Source: an uncultured Candidatus Saccharibacteria bacterium
GTDB taxonomy: Bacteria; Patescibacteriota; Minisyncoccia; Minisyncoccales; CAYZYK01
Length of the DNA: 64,000 bases
NCBI GenBank assembly: GCA_964507665.1
Contig: CAZDPT010000002.1
Location: forward strand, 29,016-93,015
Direction: 5' to 3'
The position numbers were made by a program, and so were the translations under genes. The notes under the pieces are model-generated. The model saw nothing but the letters and a program-made list of their open reading frames with translations. It did not search any database and was not told the DNA's origin. Shown here piece after piece: positions 30,475-39,880 of the stretch (the stretch's first letter is position 1; every line of letters starts with the position of its first letter).

Positions 30475-30968
30475 AAAAAGCTCTAATTTTAATTTTAACC
30501 CTTTATTTGTTAACCTTAATCCAGACTAGTTTTTTGGTTCATTTTAATATTTTAGGAGTTATTTTTAATCTGGTTTTAGTTTTTGTCTGTCTTTTAAGTT
30601 TTTTTGAAGGACCAACTCAAAGATGGGGATTTTTTGCTGCTGTTATAGGAGGGTTTTTTCTGGATATTTTTTCTACTTCTTTTATTGGAATTTCTATTTT
30701 TGTGTTAGTTCTGATAAGTTTTATTTTTAAAATTAGTTTATATATTTTAAAAGAAAGGCCAGAAAAACATCCCTTGATTTATTTTATTCCTCTCTTTATT
30801 TTTTCTGTTCTTCTTTACACTTTATCTCTAAACTTTATATCTTTTATTATTAAAAGTTCTTCTTTTCAAATTTCACCTATTTCTTTATTAGTTGAAATAA
30901 CTCTTAATTTTTTACTTTCTTTAATCGGATTTTATTTCTTTAAGAAATTTAAACTTAAACTTAGGTAA
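30471..30968 (+). CDS. mreD: rod shape-determining protein MreD (probable)
   Basis: 165 aa polytopic membrane protein positioned between mreC and the PBP2 gene. Confidence 0.55.
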   Translation: MKKALILILTLYLLTLIQTSFLVHFNILGVIFNLVLVFVCLLSFFEGPTQRWGFFAAVIGGFFLDIFSTSFIGISIFVLVLISFIFKISLYILKERPEKHPLIYFIPLFIFSVLLYTLSLNFISFIIKSSSFQISPISLLVEITLNFLLSLIGFYFFKKFKLKLR

Positions 30969-30980
30969 AATGTATTAAAA

Positions 30981-32975
30981 ATGAAAAAACCTTCTTCTCG
31001 AAGATATAAAATAAAAAGAAGCTACAAGGAAGACATTGAACCTCATGAAGTTTTTTTGGATAAACTTGCTAAGAAAAAAGAAGAGGAAACAGATATTTCG
31101 GAAAGAAAATTTGAGGTTCCAATCAGTGAAAAAATAACCAAAATTCTATTTTGGGTTTTTATTGCTGTGATTATACTCTTTTTTAGTAGAACTTTTTATT
31201 TCCAGGTAGTGAAAGGAGAATATTTTTCTAATATTAGTAAAGACAACAGAAGTAGAATTGAATTGATTACACCGAGAAGAGGTATAATTTATGATAGAAA
31301 TTTAAAGCAACTTGTTTCAAATAAACCTGCCTTTGATTTAGTTTGTGACAAAAGAGATCTTTCAATCTCCCCTTTTGAAGGGGTGGAGGAGATTGAACAA
31401 ATTGCTGAAATTATTAATAAAGATCCTCAAAGTCTGAAAGAACAAATTAAAGATTCAAAATCGTCTAAAGTTTTAATTCTAGAAAATATTTCCCATAAAA
31501 ATCTTCTCCTACTTGAGACTAAAATAAATAATTTTTCTGGTTTTGAAATTGAAGAAAATACAACTAGAGAATACATTACAAATTTTGATTTTTCTCATTT
31601 ATTAGGTTTCACTTCTAAGGTTAATAAACAAGAACTAGAAGAATTGAAGGAGTATTCAGTTACAGATTATATTGGTAAAAGTGGGGTTGAAAAATATTAT
31701 GAAAAGTATTTACGAGGAGTTGCTGGTAAAATTGAAATAGAAAAAGATGCTTTTGAAAGAAAGAAGCTAGAGAAGGAAATAAGTTCAGCTGAACCTGGAA
31801 ATAATCTTGTTCTTCATTTAGATTCTAACCTTCAGAAAAAACTTACAGAAGAGTTAAATGAAAGCTTGAATAGAGTAGGAGCAAAAAAGGGAGTAGCAGT
31901 TGCTTTAAACCCTCAAACTGGAGGAATTCTAAGTTTGGTTTCTTTACCTGCCTTTAATAATAATCTTTTAAGCCAGGGAGTTTCTCGAGAAAAACTAAGA
32001 CAAATTCAAACAGATCCTCAAGAACCCTTTTTCAACCGAGTAACTTCAGGGGAATATGCTCCAGGTTCAACAATAAAACCTTTAATTGCAGCCGCGGGTT
32101 TAGAGGAGAATATAATTTTACCTTATCAAAAAATTAATTGTCAGGGAGTAATCTCTGTAAAGAATCCCTATTATCCTGAAATTAAACCAGAATTTTATTA
32201 TTATCATGACTGGAAAACTCACGGCATCACTGATATGAGGAAAGCTATTGCTGAATCCTGTAATATCTATTTCTACCGATTGGGAGGTGGTTATAAAAGT
32301 TTTGAAGGATTGGGCGTTGAAAGAATTAAAAGATATTTGTCTCTTTTTGGTTGGGGTCAGAAAACAGGGATTGATCTTCCCGCTGAAAAAAAAGGTCTTA
32401 TTCCAGATCCTGTCTGGAAAGAAAATTATTTTAAAGATCCTCAATTAAAAATCTGGCGAGTAGGGGACACCTATCATCTTTCAATCGGTCAAGGAAACAT
32501 TTCAGCAACCCCTCTACAGATTACAGCAGCTTTCGGTGCTGTAGCCAATGGTGGCACTTTATATCAACCCCAAATTGTTCAGAAGATAATTGAAGGTTCT
32601 TTGGAAACAAAGAATACTACTTCCACAAATTCAATCGAAGTATTTAAAAAGACAAAGATAAAAGAAATAGACCCCAAAGTTATTAGAGAAGAATTCATTG
32701 ACTCAGAAAACTTGAAAATAGTAAGAGAAGGAATGAGACAAGCAGTAACTTCTGGTTCTGGGGTTTTACTTAATTATTTACCAGTTCAAGCTGCAGCAAA
32801 AACTGGAACCGCAGAAACCTCAAAAGAAGAACATTATCACCATTGGGTTACAGTTTTTGCTCCTTATGAGAACCCAAAAATAGTTTTAACAATACTAATA
32901 GAAGATGTCAGGGGGTTACAATCTGCTACTTTACCTGTAGCCAAAGAGGTTTTAGATTGGTATTTTAAAAGATGA
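30981..32975 (+). CDS. mrdA: penicillin-binding protein 2 (elongation transpeptidase)
   Basis: N-terminal TM, RGIIYDRN dimerisation-domain motif, STIKP (SxxK) and KTGTAE (KTG). Confidence 0.85.
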   Translation: MKKPSSRRYKIKRSYKEDIEPHEVFLDKLAKKKEEETDISERKFEVPISEKITKILFWVFIAVIILFFSRTFYFQVVKGEYFSNISKDNRSRIELITPRRGIIYDRNLKQLVSNKPAFDLVCDKRDLSISPFEGVEEIEQIAEIINKDPQSLKEQIKDSKSSKVLILENISHKNLLLLETKINNFSGFEIEENTTREYITNFDFSHLLGFTSKVNKQELEELKEYSVTDYIGKSGVEKYYEKYLRGVAGKIEIEKDAFERKKLEKEISSAEPGNNLVLHLDSNLQKKLTEELNESLNRVGAKKGVAVALNPQTGGILSLVSLPAFNNNLLSQGVSREKLRQIQTDPQEPFFNRVTSGEYAPGSTIKPLIAAAGLEENIILPYQKINCQGVISVKNPYYPEIKPEFYYYHDWKTHGITDMRKAIAESCNIYFYRLGGGYKSFEGLGVERIKRYLSLFGWGQKTGIDLPAEKKGLIPDPVWKENYFKDPQLKIWRVGDTYHLSIGQGNISATPLQITAAFGAVANGGTLYQPQIVQKIIEGSLETKNTTSTNSIEVFKKTKIKEIDPKVIREEFIDSENLKIVREGMRQAVTSGSGVLLNYLPVQAAAKTGTAETSKEEHYHHWVTVFAPYENPKIVLTILIEDVRGLQSATLPVAKEVLDWYFKR

Positions 32976-32998
32976 GATAAGTTTTTAATAATTATTTC

Positions 32999-33026
32999 TT
33001 GACAAAAAATTTTAATAGTGTAATTT
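32999..33026 (+). promoter_or_regulatory. promoter of Zn-ribbon cassette (TTGACA-16-TAATTT)
   Basis: 18 nt (cttgacaaaaaattttaa) are identical to the 16S promoter at 19786-19803. Confidence 0.45.
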
Positions 33027-33074
33027 AAAACTAGTTCCTGGAGATAACTTTTTTTTCAGACCAAAGGAGGGGAA

Positions 33075-33308
33075 ATGGCAAGGATAAGATGTCCTTATTG
33101 CAGAAAATGTTTTTTTGTGGATGAAAGTTTGCTTGAAGAGGGTCCAGAAACTGTACTTCATTCAACCTGTCCTGAGTGTAAGAATAAAATTTCAATAAAT
33201 GGTGAAAATGATCCAAAACACCTTCCCGGTCCTAAAGAATTTCAATTTTCTTCTGATTCTGAAGAAGAGGAGGGATTAAGAGGACTAAGAGTTCAAAAAG
33301 AGTGGTGA
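33075..33308 (+). CDS. small zinc-ribbon protein with acidic tail
   Basis: CPYC...CPEC pairs, a strong SD aggagg 4 nt upstream, and its own promoter and terminator. Confidence 0.5.
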   Translation: MARIRCPYCRKCFFVDESLLEEGPETVLHSTCPECKNKISINGENDPKHLPGPKEFQFSSDSEEEEGLRGLRVQKEW

Positions 33309-33325
33309 TTATCTACTTTCTGAGG

Positions 33326-33356
33326 ACCCGCAACTATGTTTGCGGGCTTTTTCTTT
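33326..33356 (+). terminator. intrinsic terminator
   Basis: cccgcaa/ttgcggg stem followed by ctttttctttt. Confidence 0.65.
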
Positions 33357-33384
33357 TGACCCAGAATAGAAAATAAAGTAAAAT
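33356..33384 (+). promoter_or_regulatory. lysS promoter placed for a leaderless mRNA (TTGACC-17-TAAAAT, 7 nt to ATG)
   Basis: Hexamers at 33356-33361 and 33379-33384, with the ATG at 33392. Confidence 0.5.
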
Positions 33385-33391
33385 AAAGCAT

Positions 33392-34861
33392 ATGACAACC
33401 AAAAAGCAACTTAGAAAAACAAGATTAAAAAAACTTAAGGCTGTTAAAAAAGCCGGTCTTTCTGTATATCCTGGCAAAGTGAAGAGAACCCATACCATAA
33501 AGAAAGCCTTGGATAATTTTTCTGAGTTATTGGAGTCAAAAAAAGAAATAGTTTTAACAGGAAGAATTACAGCTCAGAGAGGTCACGGTCGAGCAACTTT
33601 TTTTGATATTAAAGATGGTACAGCAGAAATTCAAGGATTTTTAGGAGAAACTAGCTTGGGGCCTAAGGGTTATAAGTTTTTTGTGGATAATTTCGATATT
33701 GGAGACTTTATTGAAATTAAAGGAGTTTTGTTTAAAACCAAAAAAGGAGAAAAAACCCTTAAGGCTCGGGATTTTAAGATGCTAGCTAAAAGCTTATTGC
33801 TTTTGCCCGATAAATGGTATGGTTTGAAAGATATCGAAGCTAGATTTAGAAAGAGATACTTAGATTTAATTTTTAACAAGAAAGTCAAACAGAAATTTAA
33901 AACTAGAGCAAAAATTATAAAGGAAATTAGAAAGTTTTTGGAAAAAAAAGGCTTTCTGGAAGTTGAAACTCCAATTTTACAACCTATTTATGGTGGAGCT
34001 ACAGCTCGACCTTTCAAAACTCATTTAAATGCCCTAGATTTAGACTTATATCTGAGAATTTCTCCAGAACTTTATTTAAAGAGATTATTAATTGGTGGAT
34101 TTGAGAAAGTTTATGAGATTGGGAAATGTTTTCGTAATGAGGGAATGGATAAATCTCATAATCCAGATTTTACTATGCTTGAATTTTATCAAGCTTATTC
34201 AGACTACAAGGATTTAATGAAAATGACAGAGAAAATGTTTGAAACTTTACTTGAAAATATATTCGGTGAATTAAAGATTGAGTATAATGGTGAGAAAATA
34301 GACTTTGGGACCCCTTGGCCCAGAGTTGAATTTTCCTCGCTTTTGGCAAAACAGACTGATATAAAGTTAGAAGAGATTCATATTGATGCTCTCCGCAAGA
34401 AAGCTAAAAAACTTGGTATTACTCCAGAAAGAGGAGATACTAAAGCAAATCTGGCAGACAAAATTTACAAAAAATATTGTCAGCCAAAAATAGTTCAACC
34501 AACTTTTGTGATTCACCATCCTGCAGGTTCAGCTCCTTTAGCTAAAAAACTAGAAGATGATTCTTCAAAACTAGCTAGATTTCAATTGGTGGTAGCTGGT
34601 TTTGAAATAGTTAATGCTTTTTCTGAATTGAATGACCCGGTTGAGCAAAAGAAAAGGTTTCAAGAGCAAGAAAAAATTTTTAAAAAAGGATTTGATGAGG
34701 CCCAAAGAATGGACAAAGAATTTATTGAGGCTTTAGAATATGGTATGCCTCCTGCTGCTGGTTTTGGTATGGGGATAGATAGATTAACTGTTTTATTAAC
34801 TGATTCTAATTCTATAAGAGAAGTTATATTATTTCCTACAATGAAACCAAAAGATAAATAA
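33392..34861 (+). CDS. lysS: lysyl-tRNA synthetase, class II
   Basis: OB-fold N-terminus, then class II motifs FRNEG, and GGFGMGIDRL-like AAGFGMGIDRL. Confidence 0.92.
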   Translation: MTTKKQLRKTRLKKLKAVKKAGLSVYPGKVKRTHTIKKALDNFSELLESKKEIVLTGRITAQRGHGRATFFDIKDGTAEIQGFLGETSLGPKGYKFFVDNFDIGDFIEIKGVLFKTKKGEKTLKARDFKMLAKSLLLLPDKWYGLKDIEARFRKRYLDLIFNKKVKQKFKTRAKIIKEIRKFLEKKGFLEVETPILQPIYGGATARPFKTHLNALDLDLYLRISPELYLKRLLIGGFEKVYEIGKCFRNEGMDKSHNPDFTMLEFYQAYSDYKDLMKMTEKMFETLLENIFGELKIEYNGEKIDFGTPWPRVEFSSLLAKQTDIKLEEIHIDALRKKAKKLGITPERGDTKANLADKIYKKYCQPKIVQPTFVIHHPAGSAPLAKKLEDDSSKLARFQLVVAGFEIVNAFSELNDPVEQKKRFQEQEKIFKKGFDEAQRMDKEFIEALEYGMPPAAGFGMGIDRLTVLLTDSNSIREVILFPTMKPKDK

Positions 34862-34868
34862 TATTTTT

Positions 34869-36143
34869 ATGTTGGATATAAATTTTATTAGAGAAAATAA
34901 AGAAAAAGTAAAAAAGGGATGTAAAAGTAAACAGTGTAATCCTGCTCTTGTTAGTAGGATTTTAGAGATAGATAAAAAGAGACGAGAACTTATCCAAAAA
35001 TATGAAAAAATACAAGCAGAGAAAAATAAAGCTAATAAGAAAATCGTAAGAGCAGAAAAGAAAGAAAAGAAGAGAATAATAAAAGAAATGCAAAAAGTAG
35101 ATAAAAAAGGAGATAAATTAAAGAAGAAACTCCAAAAAACTGAGGAAAAATTCAATAAATTGATGCTTGAGCTTCCAAATATTCCTTTTGATGATGTTCC
35201 CCAAGGGAAGGACGAATCAGATAATGTTGAAGTAAAAAAAGTAGGTGAGATCCCAAAATTTGATTTTGAACCAAAAGGTCATTTAAAAATAGGAGAAAAT
35301 TTGAATTTAATTGATACAGAAAGAGCAGCCAAAATTTCTGGGGCCAGATTCGGATATTTAAAAAATGAAGCAGTTTTGCTTGAATTTGCTTTGATAAATT
35401 TTGCCTTTGAAACCCTGCTTAAAGAGGGCTTCACGCCAATTATTCCTCCGGTAATGATAAAACCGGAAATAGGGGAGGGTATGGGTTATCCTGAACAATT
35501 TGACGGAAAGGAGGCTTATTATATGAAAGAAGACAACCTCTATTTGGTTGGCACCTCAGAACAATCAATAGGCCCCCAGTATAAAGAAGAAATCTTAGAA
35601 GAAAAAAGTTTACCAAAAAGGTATTTGGGTTTTTCAACTTGTTTCCGTAGAGAGGCAGGAAGTTATGGTAAAGATACCAAGGGAATTTTAAGAGTCCACC
35701 AGTTCGATAAAGTAGAAATGTTCAGTTATGCTAAGCCTCAGGATTCAAAAAGAGAACACAAGTTTTTACTGTCTTTGGAGGAGAAACTGATGAAGTCTTT
35801 AAAAATTCCTTATCGGATAATTCAAATGTGTACAGGAGATTTAGCTAATCCTTCCGCTGCAACATATGATATTGAAAGTTGGATGCCATCTCAAGATCGT
35901 TACAGAGAAACTCACTCAACTTCAAACTGCACTAATTTTCAAGCAAGGAGATTGAATATTCGTTATCGTAGAGAAAAGGACAATAAGTTAGATTTTATTC
36001 ATACCTTAAATGGAACTGCTTTTGCTATTGGCAGAACATTAATTGCTATTTTAGAAAACTATCAGAAGAAAGATGGAACCATAGAAATTCCTGAAGTTTT
36101 ACAGAAATATGTTAGTTTTAAACAAATTTCTCCCAAGAACTAA
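34869..36143 (+). CDS. serS: seryl-tRNA synthetase
   Basis: MLDINFIREN coiled-coil arm, then FRREAGS and TLNGTAFAIGRT motifs. Confidence 0.92.
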   Translation: MLDINFIRENKEKVKKGCKSKQCNPALVSRILEIDKKRRELIQKYEKIQAEKNKANKKIVRAEKKEKKRIIKEMQKVDKKGDKLKKKLQKTEEKFNKLMLELPNIPFDDVPQGKDESDNVEVKKVGEIPKFDFEPKGHLKIGENLNLIDTERAAKISGARFGYLKNEAVLLEFALINFAFETLLKEGFTPIIPPVMIKPEIGEGMGYPEQFDGKEAYYMKEDNLYLVGTSEQSIGPQYKEEILEEKSLPKRYLGFSTCFRREAGSYGKDTKGILRVHQFDKVEMFSYAKPQDSKREHKFLLSLEEKLMKSLKIPYRIIQMCTGDLANPSAATYDIESWMPSQDRYRETHSTSNCTNFQARRLNIRYRREKDNKLDFIHTLNGTAFAIGRTLIAILENYQKKDGTIEIPEVLQKYVSFKQISPKN

Positions 36144-36191
36144 TAGAGATTTCCGGGGGTTCTGTCTCTATGAGTTCGGTAGAAAATAAAA

Positions 36192-36968
36192 ATGAAAGAA
36201 AAAAAGATTGTAATCAATGGTTTAAAATCAAATTACAAAATCACAGGTTCAGGACCTGTTATTTTGATTTTGCATGGTTGGGGCAGGGGTTCTGATTCTT
36301 ATATTTCTGTTCAAGAAAATTTGGCTGATTCAGGATATAAAGTAATTGTTCCTGATTTACCAGGTTTTGGAAAAACAGAACCTCCTGCTTCGGGTTGGGA
36401 TGTTAGCGATTATGCAGAATGGGTAAATCGCTTTGTTTCTGCTTTGAACATTAGAAAATTTTATCTTCTAGCTCATTCTTTTGGTGGTAGAGTGGCTATA
36501 AAATTTGCAATCGTTTCTCCTCAAAAAGTATTACACCTAATTTTATACGAAGCGGCGGGAATAAAACACAAGAAAACTTTCTTTCAATCTTTACTTTTTT
36601 TAATTTCAAAGACAGGAAACATATTTTCTTTTTTACCTGGATTTTCTTTTTTAAAAAAATGTTATTATAAATTCATTGTCAGAAAAAAAGATTATTTTAC
36701 AGCGAAAGGAACAATGAAACGAACCTTTTTAAAAGTTATTGAGGAAGATTTAACTCCTATATTAAGTAAGATTTCTGTCCCTACCTTTCTTATTTGGGGT
36801 GATAAGGATAAACAAACTCCTTTAAGTGATGGTTTTTTAATGGAAAAAGAAATTCCTAATTCTAAATTAAAAATTGTTCCAAATCGCGGTCATGCTTTCC
36901 ATCATAAGGCTGCTGGTGAATTAACAGATATAATCTTAAAATTTTTAAAACAATGTTCTCAATCATAA
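36192..36968 (+). CDS. alpha/beta-fold hydrolase
   Basis: HGWG oxyanion region, nucleophile elbow AHSFGG, and C-terminal GH. Confidence 0.7.
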   Translation: MKEKKIVINGLKSNYKITGSGPVILILHGWGRGSDSYISVQENLADSGYKVIVPDLPGFGKTEPPASGWDVSDYAEWVNRFVSALNIRKFYLLAHSFGGRVAIKFAIVSPQKVLHLILYEAAGIKHKKTFFQSLLFLISKTGNIFSFLPGFSFLKKCYYKFIVRKKDYFTAKGTMKRTFLKVIEEDLTPILSKISVPTFLIWGDKDKQTPLSDGFLMEKEIPNSKLKIVPNRGHAFHHKAAGELTDIILKFLKQCSQS

Positions 36969-38512
36969 CTCTTTTTTGGTTTATCCGCACCTCAAAGATA
37001 TTTCTTTTTTGGCTCTATTTTTGGCAATTGAAAGAGTATCACACAAAAAGATTATTTGCTCATTTTAGTACTCACAAAGGTAAAAAATTAATATTGGATC
37101 CTTTATTATTTCTAAAACTTGGGTTGGTAGCTGGTTTCTTTTTATCTGAGACAGTATTTTTTATTTTTCCTTTAATTTTATTCTTGCTTTATTTTACAGA
37201 AACTCTTTTCTTTTTGAGATCATTTTTTGGCAAAAAGATAAAAAGACCTGTTTTAACTAAAAAAACAGCAGTTATAATTTTTGTAGGATTTTTAATCCTA
37301 TTTTGTTTTCCTCTGGTTTTGTTTCTTTTGGTTAAAAACTTGTTTTGGTTCTGTTTTGGTTTGTTGGTTTTTGATATTTTAACTCCAAAGATTACCTCAA
37401 TTCTTGTTTTGTTTTTTCAACCCCTTGTTTTTATTTGGCAAAAAAGAATTTTAAAGAAGGCAGCCAAGAAAATATCTGAAAAAAAGAACCTTAAAGTTAT
37501 AGGTATCACAGGCAGTTTTGGCAAGACTTCCACTAAAGAATTTTTAGCTACGGTTCTCTCTCAAAAATTTAATGTTTTAAAAACAAAAGAGCATCAGAAC
37601 TCAGAGATAGGAATTGCTCGTTGTATCTTAGATGATTTAAAGGAAGAGCATGAAATTTTTGTTTGTGAAATTGGAGCTTACGATAAAGGTAAGATAAAAG
37701 AGGTTTCTGAAATAATTCAACCTCAAATTGGTATTTTAACGGGAATAAACCAACAGCATATAGCAACTTTTGGTTCTCAAAAAAATGTTATTGAAGCAAA
37801 ATACGAACTCATTGAAAATTTACCAAAAAATGGAATAGCTTTCTTTAACGGAGAGAACAAATATTGTAGAGAACTTTTTGAGAAGACCAAAAAAAGAAAG
37901 AAATTATATAAATTCTCAGATGCAGAAGATATTGAAATTAGAAAAGAAAGTGTTTCTTTCAAGCATGATTCAATTAATTTTAAAGTAAATGTTTTAGGGA
38001 AAGGTATTCTTTTAAATATTTTAGGGGTCATTTCTATTGCTCAGGAGATGGGAATAAGCTTGAAGAAAATAGCAGAGGGATTCCAAAAAATTACCGAAGA
38101 ACAATTAGGAACAACAATAAAAAAAACAAATAAGGGTCTGAATATTATTGATTCAAGTTATTCGGCTAACCCTACCGGAGTTTTGTCCCATTTGGAACAT
38201 TTAAAATTATGGCAGGGAAAAAAAGTTATTGTTATGCCTTGCTTAATTGAACTAGGAGGAGAATCAAAGAAAATTCACCAGAAGATAGGGGAGAAGATAG
38301 GGAAGGTTTGTGATTCAGCCTATATCACAACCAAAGAAAGATTTGGACAAATTAAAAAAGCAGCCCTTAAAGCCGGTATGAATAAAAAAGAGATTCTATT
38401 TCTCTCAAATCCTTACAGAATCTTTGAGAAAATTAAAGTTTTTCGGGGAAAAGAAGACATAATACTTTTAGAGGGAAGAGTTTCCAATAAACTTCTTGAT
38501 TTACTGAAATAA
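36953..38512 (+). CDS. murF: MurF-like UDP-MurNAc-tripeptide--D-Ala-D-Ala ligase with polytopic membrane N-terminal domain
   Basis: Residues 1 to about 170 are Phe/Leu-rich TM helices. These are followed by GITGSFGKTSTKE (Mur ligase P-loop), NSEIGIA, EIGAYDKGKI and GINQQHIATFGS, which resemble MurF blocks. Confidence 0.7.
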   Translation: MFSIITLFWFIRTSKIFLFWLYFWQLKEYHTKRLFAHFSTHKGKKLILDPLLFLKLGLVAGFFLSETVFFIFPLILFLLYFTETLFFLRSFFGKKIKRPVLTKKTAVIIFVGFLILFCFPLVLFLLVKNLFWFCFGLLVFDILTPKITSILVLFFQPLVFIWQKRILKKAAKKISEKKNLKVIGITGSFGKTSTKEFLATVLSQKFNVLKTKEHQNSEIGIARCILDDLKEEHEIFVCEIGAYDKGKIKEVSEIIQPQIGILTGINQQHIATFGSQKNVIEAKYELIENLPKNGIAFFNGENKYCRELFEKTKKRKKLYKFSDAEDIEIRKESVSFKHDSINFKVNVLGKGILLNILGVISIAQEMGISLKKIAEGFQKITEEQLGTTIKKTNKGLNIIDSSYSANPTGVLSHLEHLKLWQGKKVIVMPCLIELGGESKKIHQKIGEKIGKVCDSAYITTKERFGQIKKAALKAGMNKKEILFLSNPYRIFEKIKVFRGKEDIILLEGRVSNKLLDLLK

Positions 38513-38514
38513 AA

Positions 38515-39786
38515 ATGAGTTTTTTAAAGCCAATTTCAATATCTTTATCACCGAATACAGAAAAAGACGATATTTGGTTAGCTTTTAAATTGATTTTCCA
38601 ACCCTGGAGGTGGAAAAAAGGAAGAGCAATTAAAAAATTAGAAGAAAGATTTAAAAAATATTTAAAAGCAAAACATAGTTTTTCTTTTAACAGTGGCAGG
38701 TCTGCTTTTTTGGCAATTTTAGAATCATTAGATTTAAATCAAGGCGATGAAGTTTTTCTTCAAGGTTTCACCTGTAATGCAGCTTCAAATCCTATAATCT
38801 GGGCTGGTTTTAAGCTTGTTTATGTAGATTGTAACAAAGATGATTTTAATATCGATCCTGAAAATTTAAGACTAAAAATAAATCGTCACAAAAATCAAGG
38901 TAAGAGACCTCGGGTAGTAGTAGTTCAGCATACTTTCGGTCAGCCAGCTGATATGGATAAGATTCTGAAAATCTGCAAAGAGAATAATTTAATTTTAATT
39001 GAAGATTGTGCTCATTCTTTAGGATCAAGTTATAAGGGAAAAAAGATTGGTACTTTCGGTAAAGCTTCTTTTTTTAGTTTTTCAAGGGATAAGGTAATAT
39101 CATCTGTTTATGGTGGTATGGCTGTTACTGATGATAAGATTTTGGGTCAGAAAATTAGAAGATTACAACAGGAATGGAATCAACCCTCAATTTGTTGGAT
39201 TCTACAGCAACTTTTTCATCCAGTTTTAATGAATTGGCTTATTTTGCCAACTTACCGGGTTCTTGGTAAATATCTTTTGGTTTTATTTCAGTGGTTAAGG
39301 ATCTTATCTAAGGCTGTTCACTGGAAAGAGAAAAGAGCCAAAAAACCTTCCTATTTCCCCAAAGCATTACCTAATTCTTTGGCTGTTTTGGCTCAAAAAC
39401 AATTTGAAAAATTGAATTACTTTAATGATCACAGAAAAAAAATAGCTAAATTTTATTTCAAAAACCTAAAAAAACCTTCTTTTGAATTACCAAAAAAATT
39501 TAAAGAAAGAAAACATATATTTTTGAGATTTACTGTAAAACACCTCCAGGCTCATAAAATTGTAAGGGAAGCTTGGGATAATAACTTATTAATAGGGGAT
39601 TGGTACCAGACTCCAATTGCTCCAGATGATACGAAACTGGAGAAAGTATTATATAAGAAGGGTTCCTGTCCCATTGCCGAGGAGTTATCTCAAACCACCT
39701 TTAATCTACCAACTCATATTAATATTTCAGAGAAAGAAGCTCGGAAAATCATTAAGTTTTTAGAAACAACTGTCTCAGATATCTAA
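38515..39786 (+). CDS. DegT/DnrJ/EryC1/StrS-family PLP aminotransferase
   Basis: FSFNSGRSA, EDCAHS and FSFSRDK (PLP Lys) motifs. Confidence 0.75.
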   Translation: MSFLKPISISLSPNTEKDDIWLAFKLIFQPWRWKKGRAIKKLEERFKKYLKAKHSFSFNSGRSAFLAILESLDLNQGDEVFLQGFTCNAASNPIIWAGFKLVYVDCNKDDFNIDPENLRLKINRHKNQGKRPRVVVVQHTFGQPADMDKILKICKENNLILIEDCAHSLGSSYKGKKIGTFGKASFFSFSRDKVISSVYGGMAVTDDKILGQKIRRLQQEWNQPSICWILQQLFHPVLMNWLILPTYRVLGKYLLVLFQWLRILSKAVHWKEKRAKKPSYFPKALPNSLAVLAQKQFEKLNYFNDHRKKIAKFYFKNLKKPSFELPKKFKERKHIFLRFTVKHLQAHKIVREAWDNNLLIGDWYQTPIAPDDTKLEKVLYKKGSCPIAEELSQTTFNLPTHINISEKEARKIIKFLETTVSDI

Positions 39787-39812
39787 ACCTCAAGATTAAG
39801 GTTTGATTTTGG

Positions 39813-39840
39813 TTGACAAATTAATATTTAAAGTTAGAAT
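39813..39840 (+). promoter_or_regulatory. promoter of small-membrane-protein cassette (TTGACA-16-TAGAAT)
   Basis: Hexamers at 39813-39818 and 39835-39840. ggttgacaaatta is shared with the promoter at 56898. Confidence 0.5.
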
Positions 39841-39880
39841 GATAAGTAGTCAACTTGCTCTTTAACAGAAGAGGGAAGAA

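Noticed and set aside
39856-39867. Exact E. coli-type boxA string tgctctttaaca in the 5' UTR of the membrane-protein cassette
   Set aside because: It is a single short match in a non-rRNA context and differs from the boxA-like elements of this genome's own rRNA leaders. It is likely coincidental.
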